A stretch of DNA of 64,000 bases, from IMG/VR virus record IMGVR_UViG_3300028048_003170, positions 5,077-69,076 of that record. One strand, written 5' to 3'. The notes under the pieces are model-generated. The model was not told the DNA's origin. It worked only from the letters and a program-made list of their open reading frames with translations, and searched no databases. Both the position numbers and the translations under genes were made by a program. Each line of letters begins with the position of its first letter. The stretch's first letter is position 1. Origin of the DNA: a virus. Taxonomy: Duplodnaviria > Caudoviricetes. Positions 18,287-26,214 of the stretch are shown here, in pieces.

Positions 18287-19396
18287 TTATTGGAATGAGG
18301 GGTCAAACTGTTCGGTGAAGATGCGGTCGTGATCTACCGACAGGTAATCTGTCGGCAGGTACGTCCGGCGGTCCTGGTACTGGTAGGTGAACTTCACGGT
18401 GTTGAGTTCACCGTCCGCGTCATTGATCTCGCAGTCGCAGTCCGTGATCAGGATGATGGGCATGCCCAGCGGATTGTAGCCCTGCGAGAAGTCGGTGCGC
18501 TTGGTCGCCATGCGCACGTCATGGCTGTAGAACAGCTGCTCGATCCACCGGGCCTGCTCCATGGTCAGGCCCGAGGTCTCCACCTGGTACTGTTTCTCGT
18601 TCTGCTGGTTGTAGAACGTGGAGATGCGGTTGGTCACGGCCACCTGGCGCTCCACCTTGGGTTTGTGGGTGGTCACGGCAAACAGCTCGCAGCACTCGAA
18701 GCAGTTGAACGCGTTGCGGAAATACAGCGTGAGGTTCGGTTCGGCCTCCTGGACGTAGTACGTGAAGGCCCGTGCGCCCACCTGCACACTGCAGGCCAGT
18801 ACCTTGATGTGGTCACGGTTCCATCCGTTGGCCTCCACGGCATCAAGCATCTTGTTGTGGGTGATTTCCACCCGGGCCACTGTGTCGATGGTGCTCTGGG
18901 CCTGCTGGACGATCTGTTGGAACACCCGTGGCTCCTCGTCATAGACGCTGGCCACGACACGCAGGCGGACGCTCTCCTTGGAGAAGGCCGGCTTGTGGTA
19001 ATACAGGAACTCCGTCGCCCCGGGCGACGTGAGTTTCCCTTCCATCGTGGTGAGGAAATTGTTGCGCAGGAACTCGTCGATGTCACCCGTGAAGTGCTGC
19101 TCCAGATAGATCGCCTGGAAGGTGGCCAGCGACTGGAAGGCTCCGTTATGCTTGACGCGAAGTTCGAAGCCTCGCAGGGCATGGTTGCCCTGGCGCATGT
19201 AATACTCGATGACGGATCGGATGTCATGGACGGTGATGCTCTTGGCAAACGGGATATGGGTGGCCGAGAAGATCGAGGTTCCACCCGAGACAATCATCAC
19301 GACGGCCTCGTTGTCGTCGCTCGTTGTGAGGTCGATGTCCGGGATCTGTGATGTGAACATCAGGCTCCCGAGTTGTGTATTCAAAACTACTGACAT
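18287..19396 (-). CDS. Phage hypothetical (probable virion) protein, first gene of portal operon
   Basis: 369 aa, beta-rich, downstream of late promoter motif. Confidence 0.7.
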   Translation of the reverse strand: MSVVLNTQLGSLMFTSQIPDIDLTTSDDNEAVVMIVSGGTSIFSATHIPFAKSITVHDIRSVIEYYMRQGNHALRGFELRVKHNGAFQSLATFQAIYLEQHFTGDIDEFLRNNFLTTMEGKLTSPGATEFLYYHKPAFSKESVRLRVVASVYDEEPRVFQQIVQQAQSTIDTVARVEITHNKMLDAVEANGWNRDHIKVLACSVQVGARAFTYYVQEAEPNLTLYFRNAFNCFECCELFAVTTHKPKVERQVAVTNRISTFYNQQNEKQYQVETSGLTMEQARWIEQLFYSHDVRMATKRTDFSQGYNPLGMPIILITDCDCEINDADGELNTVKFTYQYQDRRTYLPTDYLSVDHDRIFTEQFDPSFQ

Positions 19397-19419
19397 ATTC
19401 TATCGATTTTTGTTTGTGG

Positions 19420-19454
19420 CAAAGGTATGTTTGTGTCGTGGGATGGCAAAAGAC
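19420..19454 (-). promoter_or_regulatory. Putative phage late promoter (GTCTTTT-N20-TACCTTTG)
   Basis: caaaggta 19420-19427, 20 nt spacer, aaaagac 19448-19454. Confidence 0.75.
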
Positions 19455-19462
19455 AAAGAAAA

Positions 19463-19497
19463 AGCCGGGCGTTCCCCATTGAGGGGGGCGTCCGGCG
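19463..19497 (-). terminator. Rho-independent terminator for the MutS-I operon
   Basis: gccgggcgttcccc-attga-ggggggcgtccggc stem with adjacent A-run on the plus strand. Confidence 0.6.
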
Positions 19498-19547
19498 CCG
19501 GTTCCGATCGGTGGGCGATCTTCTCGCCCACCTGCGGAACGGGAGGC

Positions 19548-19823
19548 TTAAACCTCGTGCTCGATGTACTCGCTCAGCTCCTTGAGGATGCCTTCGATGT
19601 CCTCGGCCGTGCTGTCATCGGCAAACGTCCATGACCTGCAGGCCTTGGCGGGCGGCTCGCCTTGGTGGGCGAACACCGTCCACCATGTCATCACCTCACC
19701 ATCGCATCGCACCAGCGTGTTGGTGTGGATGCTCATCGAGTGGCAAATGCCCACCTTGTTGTTATACACTGCGTCCTGTACTCGGCGAATGCGGGTAACC
19801 GCCTTTTTCACTTCTCGTGTCAT
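19548..19823 (-). CDS. Small hypothetical protein
   Basis: Likely start 19823 (MTREVKK) or 19877; in operon with the MutS-I gene. Confidence 0.55.
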   Translation of the reverse strand: MTREVKKAVTRIRRVQDAVYNNKVGICHSMSIHTNTLVRCDGEVMTWWTVFAHQGEPPAKACRSWTFADDSTAEDIEGILKELSEYIEHEV

Positions 19824-19881
19824 AGCTCTTGATTTTTGCGGTGGGCGGGGGCTGGCCTCGCCCACCTTGTTAAACATTATC

Positions 19882-20484
19882 TTACTTGTTCTCGGCCTTC
19901 TTGGTGCTGCGCTTGCGGCTCTTCTTCTCGGGCTGCGGCTCGGGCAGGCCATCACAGATGGCTACACGCTTGCCTGCTCTAACCAGACGCGGCAAATAGC
20001 TGTCGAGGGCGTGGGCGGGGAATGCGGCCTGACGCTCGGTGATGTCCTTCGCCTGCGTGCGGGTGAGCACTATGCCCAAAATCTCGCTCACGGCTACCGC
20101 ATCATCGCCAAACGACTCGTAAAAATCGCCCACACGGAACAGCAAAATCGCATCGGGGTGCTTGGCCTTCATCTCGACCCACTGACGGGCCAGCGGCGAG
20201 GCCTCGCCCACCACCTCGGCGGTGGGCTGGCTCTCCTGCTCGGGCGCTGCGCTCGGCTCCTGCTGCGGCTGGCTCGCCTTCACCTCGGCCATCAGCTTGT
20301 TATAGATGGCCTTCGGGATCACTGCGCCAGTGCGCTTGCGCAGGATGAACGCATACCTCAACGCCTTCAGCGGCTCCGAAAAGTAGAACTCGCCACTCTT
20401 TACACTGTCCTCACTGCGGTACACATGCCACATCATTGCACCACTCTTTACCTCTCGCTTGCTTGCTAAAATCAGATTTGCCAT
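19882..20484 (-). CDS. Stand-alone MutS domain I (mismatch-recognition) protein
   Basis: WVEMKAKHPDAILLFRVGDFYESFGDDA...AAFPAHALDSYLPRLVRAGKRVAICD; no MutS ATPase domain. Confidence 0.88.
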   Translation of the reverse strand: MANLILASKREVKSGAMMWHVYRSEDSVKSGEFYFSEPLKALRYAFILRKRTGAVIPKAIYNKLMAEVKASQPQQEPSAAPEQESQPTAEVVGEASPLARQWVEMKAKHPDAILLFRVGDFYESFGDDAVAVSEILGIVLTRTQAKDITERQAAFPAHALDSYLPRLVRAGKRVAICDGLPEPQPEKKSRKRSTKKAENK

Positions 20485-20518
20485 AATCGTAAAATTTTGA
20501 AAATGAATATATAAGGAA

Positions 20519-20773
20519 TTAAAAACTATCTACATACAGGTAAACATTGCAGTAACTCACCTGCAGACCTGTGGCCATGGCCATGTCTGCGGCCTGCTCG
20601 CTGGCCTCGGCCTCGCTGCGGGCATCCACCTCGAAGGTGTGGCTCTCATTGTCGAAGTCCACCACCTCGACCATGTAATTATTGTACTTGGATGAGCGGT
20701 AACCCTTTTTACTCGCACGGCTCTCAGCTTGTTCGGGAGAACCCAGGAATGATATGTTATAAGAAGTAGTCAT
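20519..20773 (-). CDS. Small acidic hypothetical protein
   Basis: 84 aa, first gene after the hairpin promoter. Confidence 0.7.
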   Translation of the reverse strand: MTTSYNISFLGSPEQAESRASKKGYRSSKYNNYMVEVVDFDNESHTFEVDARSEAEASEQAADMAMATGLQVSYCNVYLYVDSF

Positions 20774-20805
20774 AATGATGAAATTTTTAAAATGTTAATA
20801 ATCAT

Positions 20806-21030
20806 TGTCCATGTTGTCGCGTATAACCTTTTTACACTGCTTTAAGAGCGAGGGCTGTTAGTGATACGCCTGTCAAGGCTTGACCGAAAAAATCCATCCT
20901 GAAAGGGCTGGCCAAATTTTATGCGCAGCGTCAAATTTTGTGGATTATTTCGAGGCAACTGTGCATGGCCTTGCAGTATCACGATGCCCGCTAGCTTTGC
21001 GGTGTAAAAGGTGGTAGCGACAGGACAATG
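20806..21030 (-). promoter_or_regulatory. Frpo-like single-stranded-DNA hairpin promoter
   Basis: Arms 20827-20879 and 20969-21012 pair; consensus TAGCTTTG (20993-21000) is present only in the distal arm; homologous to 52111-52303. Confidence 0.65.
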
Positions 21031-21108
21031 TCAACATTTTGTTTCATCAATGCGGCTTCACGGTATCATGACTCTCCCGTCAAGCAGAGGGCCGTGCATA
21101 AAGACAGC

Positions 21109-21146
21109 AAAGGAGGGATCGCCCATCACGGGCGTTTCCCTCCTTT
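21109..21146 (-). terminator. Terminator-like hairpin at the end of the BREX operon
   Basis: aaaggaggga-tcgccc-atcac-gggcg-tttccctccttt stem; second hairpin at ~21161-21188. Confidence 0.55.
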
Positions 21147-21207
21147 ACCAATAAAAATGACCCCGGAACGCTATCGCGTTTCCGAGGCTGACATTTACTG
21201 TTTGTGA

Positions 21208-21774
21208 TTATGTGCCGAATAGTTGTTGTAGGTATTTACCAGATATGGCAAGTCTATTATCATAAAGTTTATTCATTATAACTTTAGATTTGACTGTTGA
21301 GAATAATGACTGACTGTTAGTTTTTGCATAGTTCAATATCCCGAGATATAAAATACTGATCAAATTATATTTCCGTAAGCATGTATCAAAAATAATTCCT
21401 CTATCGCTATCGAAAACTGACAGTATCATCAATGGATTATTATTGATCTGAATTGGATCAAAGAACATAATTTGTTGTCCGAATTGATCATTACTTAAAC
21501 ATATGGTTGCACCAATATTATTATAATCTAATAAGTATTCTAAGGTATTAAAGATCAATAACAGTTCATCTTCTCCCCCATCCATTATATTTACAGGGAT
21601 TGTAGTTCCATTATTTTTTGTAAAATGAAGAGCTAAATAATACTGTGCATAGTCAAATTCATCGCAGTCTAATTCTGAAGACACAATGAATTCTAGCTCA
21701 TCAACACAATTATGAGTTGAATCTCCATATCTTGATAAAATAATTGCTCTTTCAGTTAAAAAATTAACAACCAT
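21208..21774 (-). CDS. Very AT-rich hypothetical protein, last gene of BREX-associated operon
   Basis: 188 aa ORF, 13 bp after the preceding frame. Confidence 0.65.
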   Translation of the reverse strand: MVVNFLTERAIILSRYGDSTHNCVDELEFIVSSELDCDEFDYAQYYLALHFTKNNGTTIPVNIMDGGEDELLLIFNTLEYLLDYNNIGATICLSNDQFGQQIMFFDPIQINNNPLMILSVFDSDRGIIFDTCLRKYNLISILYLGILNYAKTNSQSLFSTVKSKVIMNKLYDNRLAISGKYLQQLFGT

Positions 21775-21787
21775 ACAAATTAGTAAA

Positions 21788-23209
21788 CTATGAGATACTT
21801 ATACAAATGATTGCCGTAATGATTGCCGTGACAATGATGGCTGCTATGATGGCTACGATGTTGGTGCCGCCGCCTTTGGATTTGAGCTCGGAGAGCTGCT
21901 GCTCCAGACTCCGGGCGTGGTCTTTGGCGGTGTTGAGGTCTTTGGCGGCCTGAGTGTTCTGGGCGGTCAAAGCGGCGAGCTAGCGCTGGAGTTCGCCGTT
22001 TGACTGCTGCATCTTCTGAATGCTCGCATTCAGCTCCTTGGAACGCTCATCAGCGGCCTGCTGCTGCTTTTTGAGCTGTTCCTGAAGGGCGGTTTGCGCC
22101 TGGTTCTGTTTCTGCTGTTGTTCGGTGTTGGCTTTCTGGATGGCGGTGAGCCGTTCCTGGAGTTCCTTGTTCTGCTTCTGTGCTGCCAGCACCTGCTCGC
22201 CGTGCTGCTTTGCAGCCTCCTGCTGGTTCTTTGTGAGGGCGGCGAGCCGCTCCTGGAGCTCCTTGTTCTGCTTCTGGCCTGCTTCGAGCTGGTCTTTGAA
22301 CTGTTTCTTGATCTGCTCGGTCAGGGCGACGCGTGAGCGGGTCTTCTTCTCGCTGACCTCCTCGACCATGTTGGAGAAGTATTGTCCCAGACCATTGGGT
22401 GTCGGAGCCTCCTTGTCGGCGATCTGCTTGATGAATAGTTTCTCGTCGACATGGCCAATGGCGGCGATGAGCGGTGTCTGCAGGTCGGCCACGGTCTGCA
22501 GCACGTCAAGGTCATCGAGGTTTTCAATGCCGCCGCCACCTCCCCTGACGAGGGCGAGCACGTCGAAGTGCTGCCCGTCGATGGCTTTCAGCCGCTGGCA
22601 AAGTTCGGCGGAGTTGGCGAAGTTCACGCGTTGCTCAACGAATTCTATAGCTGCCTTGGCGGCCTGGATGCCGGCGTTGAAGTCGGACATGGTGATCGAG
22701 GTCGAGGCGAAGATGAGGGCGACCTTGGGGCGTTTATCAGTGAAGAGAAGTTGCTCCAGGATCGCATCGACGTTACGGAAGCCCTTTGTGGCTTTCGCAC
22801 GGCGGATCTCCATGCGTTTTATCTCGTCCTGGTCGATAGCCTGGTCTTGAATGACCTCGATACGGCTGACCACAAGTTGTATCTGAATGCGCCCGTCGTT
22901 CTGCATCTTGCGGCCCAACATGCCGCCGACGGTCACCAGGCTGCCGTCCTTCATCTCGTCGCCCAGCTTGTGCGGTATCTGAAGGGTGATCTCGGACTGG
23001 GTGTTCTCGTCGCGCAGCACGTCGTAGCGGTATGCCCAGGCGGGGTTGTTCTTCGGGTTCTTCCAGTAGATGCCCTTCAGGTAGATGACGTGCTTGTTCA
23101 CGTCCTGCTGAGAGAAGTAGGACGCGATGATGCCCAACAGCTCCGACGGGTTATAGACGATCGAGGGAGTGTTAGGCTCGTGACTGGTTATCTGAGGCTG
23201 GTTTGGCAT
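21788..23209 (-). pseudogene. Exonuclease VII large subunit-like protein with coiled coil and C-terminal TM anchor, interrupted by one in-frame TAG (21980-21982)
   Basis: LVRGGGGGIENLDD, AAIGHVDE and DKEAPTPNG match XseA catalytic-domain motifs; the frame continues past TAG into 21788-21970 (LAALTAQN...IVAIIAAIIVTAIITAIIC). Confidence 0.75.
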
Positions 23210-23217
23210 ATTGGATT

Positions 23218-24123
23218 CTATTCTATGATTGAAACACGAAGCTTTATGCCTAACTGTTTAGCAATAGATTCAATAAGATTTTTCTTGTCATTTGTATTAT
23301 TATATGTCATGACGTACAAACCGTTTCCAATTGGTTTTTGTGCTAAGGCATAAGCGGGATTATCTGATTTGACATCTGTCACCAAAGGAACTCCGCATAT
23401 ATGTATATCGAGATCACGGACTTTTTCCGGGTCCATAGCAATGATGGCTTTGCAGAAGGATTCAAAAGAGCGTTTCTCACTTATAACCGTACCATCATCA
23501 AAAGCGATGAAAAGACCGCGATTTCGCCCTCTAGGCTTAATCAATGGCCTTTGATCAGTGAAGTTCTGCTTCTGGCCTCTTTTCTCCAGATATGTTACAT
23601 AGTTAGTAAGTACTGAACGTAGTCTATTCGCGGCTTCATAATCATCCTTAGAAAGCAGATTAATCATTGCATAAATGATATTAAAATCTGTTACATCTTC
23701 AAGATTATCTGTGTGAGCGTATTTTTGAAGAAGATTCCGGATCAAATCTCCATTCAATAATTTTAAATATCTACGTTTAGTATTATCCGTGACATTCAGA
23801 TTGTTTATGTATTTTGTAAAACTTGAATCAGACGAATAATCAATGGATGTCGCAGGAAATCGATATTGCCGATCCTTCTTGGTATGTGCTTTTTCGCCAA
23901 ATGAGATTGAAACGCCTGAATGAGGATTATACATGAGCTTCACCTCCAAAGGAGAACTGATGCCGCTGAACAGTTTATCTGCTTCTTGAACGAATCTGTT
24001 GAATCGTTCTTTGATGATTTTCTGTTCTAACAGACGAATACGCTGCTGAAGGTCATCACTAACACCCTGTTCGGTTGTGGCAAGGATGTCTCTAGCCTGG
24101 TATAGCTTCTGAAGTTCTTCCAT
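23218..24123 (-). CDS. AT-rich multi-domain hypothetical protein (RM-associated-type C-terminal domain)
   Basis: 301 aa; C-terminal IAFDDGTVISEK...GVPLV...GNGLYVMT..NTNDKK pattern resembles domains I associate with restriction-linked proteins. Confidence 0.65.
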   Translation of the reverse strand: MEELQKLYQARDILATTEQGVSDDLQQRIRLLEQKIIKERFNRFVQEADKLFSGISSPLEVKLMYNPHSGVSISFGEKAHTKKDRQYRFPATSIDYSSDSSFTKYINNLNVTDNTKRRYLKLLNGDLIRNLLQKYAHTDNLEDVTDFNIIYAMINLLSKDDYEAANRLRSVLTNYVTYLEKRGQKQNFTDQRPLIKPRGRNRGLFIAFDDGTVISEKRSFESFCKAIIAMDPEKVRDLDIHICGVPLVTDVKSDNPAYALAQKPIGNGLYVMTYNNTNDKKNLIESIAKQLGIKLRVSIIE

Positions 24124-24147
24124 ATCATGAAGTCTTAGATTGATTAG

Positions 24148-26214
24148 TTACTGTTTTTGTTGGATGAAGGTGATGGTGCATTCTTTGCAGCGACGGACTT
24201 CTTGGCGGTTTCGAGCAAGCGAGAACCGCTCATATTTTTCAAATATGTCTAGTCCGCGCCCTAAGGTAATGCGCCATCCATTATTAAGATCTATCATACG
24301 GTCATGCGTTGCATTGAAATCGTGAGTAAACTCGACTCCAAGGGGAGCCAGTTCATCGGCAAGATCCGTGAACGTGTCAATCAATTCAGCGACTTTTTCA
24401 TCATCTGGATTACTGGTGCTCAAGTGGATTTTCAGTTCCTCGGGATTATTGCAGCAATCACGACAGGTTTGAATGAAATCCACGAGATTATCCACTTGGA
24501 ATGGATAACGGATGAATGGATCAATAATCTTGATTTCTGTAGCTGTACGCAAATAATCTCCAAAGAGAGAAGCGTAGGTAACACCTTTTTGATTTAATCG
24601 AAGGTCAATTGATTTGTTCGTTAGTCTGACAATCTTGGGACGAGACTTTGCCTCGGACGAAGGATTTGATTCGTCAGACATATCAGCTGGTGCGTTACCG
24701 TCAGTAGGCTCATCGACATCGATGTCCGTTTCTTGTTCAATACCATTCTCTAGGCATTCGAGAGTGACAATTTTCTTTTGTTGCCCAGTTGAGGGTATTG
24801 TGTAGACGAACTTTGCAGGCTCAGCCTTGAAGGTTTCGTCAATGATATAAAGCTGGTCCTTTACGCGCTTTCTGCATTCGGCGGCAAAGTCAATTATCTC
24901 ATAAACTTCTTCCTCGGTTACGTTGCCATCAGGATAGAGAAGTTTCATCATGCCTGAAAAAGTCTTGCGGATAGCAAGGTGGTCTCGCTCAGATAGCGAA
25001 CCGTCAAAAATTGCATAGTCGTTCAGATTGCCTGTGAGATCGATGTTGCGAAGCTCATGCAAGACTGCAGCGATGTAGTCTGTAATCAAACCATAGCCCT
25101 TCGAGAAGCTGTTCTTCTTAAGCATCCTGATTTCCCATCCTGGGTTATAAAGATGAATACGATCCAAAAAGGCACCCTTAATAAACGATGTTGGAATGCT
25201 CTCAAACAGATGAGACTGGTTCAGCATAAATGGCACAGTATGCTTGGTGTTGCCGACAAAGACCATTGAGGCGCTTGCCTCATGTGGGGATCCACCGCGG
25301 TTAAAACTCTTGTTGGCAAGATAATTCTGCATCGTGTCGATGAGCACAGCATCGACGCTTCGGCCCTTTTGTTGCTCAAACTCGTCCCAAGCCACGACAT
25401 CCCAATAGCAGACAAGTCCAAGATTTTCCCTGTTGCCGGTCATCTTGACAAATAGGCGTGCGCTGGTTACGTCGCCGCCACTCACCAGTACGCCGTAAGG
25501 CGACAGTTCCTGGAACACATGACTCTTGCCGGTTCCCTTTGGTCCGAGTTCAACGAAGTTGAAATTATTCTCCACCAGAGGGATGAGACGTGCCAAAGTG
25601 ATGAACTTTTCACGGCGATTAAGTAATGATGGTTCCAGTCCCACGGTGTGAATGAGGAAATCAATCCATTCATCGGTAGTGAATTTGCTACGTTGTGCCT
25701 TGTAATCATTAATGTCGATGTTGGAGATTTGCACAGGTTTCAGCGACTGGATGTCCCAACGAACCCTTACTTCTCCAAGAAGGTATTTTATTCTGACAAT
25801 GCACCACACGCCATTGCCACTCAATAGCTTGGGATTTTCATTAACTATATTATTCGCCAGCGGGATTTTTCGCAGGTCTAGATTTGCAAAACTGGCCTCG
25901 AAGAGGTCGGCACGGTCATTAAGTGTTACATTAATTTTATCGATGACGGTGAATGTGCTTAACTCTTTTATTTTGCCTTTTATTTCTTCGGCTTCAGCAC
26001 GGTTCACATAGTTGTTTCGGATGATTTCCTTAACCTGCTCGATGCCCTGTGCTATCTGCTGTTCGTCGCTAGTAGCACAGTATTGCGCCAGCAAGTACTC
26101 CAGCACATACGTAGGGACAGGCAATCCACCCTTTACTTGGAAGGCTAGGTCTTTCCTAACTACTAAGCCCTCAAAGGCGTTTAAAATCTTTTCTTGTAGA
26201 TTATCCATAATCAT
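24148..26214 (-). CDS. brxL: BREX BrxL ATPase, with C-terminal MIT_C/PLD-like domain
   Basis: VPTYVLEYLLAQYC, ELGPKGTGKSH, AFLDRIH; C-terminal DPFIR...HDR....NGW.I.LGRGLDIF. Confidence 0.9.
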   Translation of the reverse strand: MIMDNLQEKILNAFEGLVVRKDLAFQVKGGLPVPTYVLEYLLAQYCATSDEQQIAQGIEQVKEIIRNNYVNRAEAEEIKGKIKELSTFTVIDKINVTLNDRADLFEASFANLDLRKIPLANNIVNENPKLLSGNGVWCIVRIKYLLGEVRVRWDIQSLKPVQISNIDINDYKAQRSKFTTDEWIDFLIHTVGLEPSLLNRREKFITLARLIPLVENNFNFVELGPKGTGKSHVFQELSPYGVLVSGGDVTSARLFVKMTGNRENLGLVCYWDVVAWDEFEQQKGRSVDAVLIDTMQNYLANKSFNRGGSPHEASASMVFVGNTKHTVPFMLNQSHLFESIPTSFIKGAFLDRIHLYNPGWEIRMLKKNSFSKGYGLITDYIAAVLHELRNIDLTGNLNDYAIFDGSLSERDHLAIRKTFSGMMKLLYPDGNVTEEEVYEIIDFAAECRKRVKDQLYIIDETFKAEPAKFVYTIPSTGQQKKIVTLECLENGIEQETDIDVDEPTDGNAPADMSDESNPSSEAKSRPKIVRLTNKSIDLRLNQKGVTYASLFGDYLRTATEIKIIDPFIRYPFQVDNLVDFIQTCRDCCNNPEELKIHLSTSNPDDEKVAELIDTFTDLADELAPLGVEFTHDFNATHDRMIDLNNGWRITLGRGLDIFEKYERFSLARNRQEVRRCKECTITFIQQKQ

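Noticed and set aside
19882-20484. Host mutS mismatch-repair gene
   Set aside because: Only domain I is present; no ATPase or clamp domains
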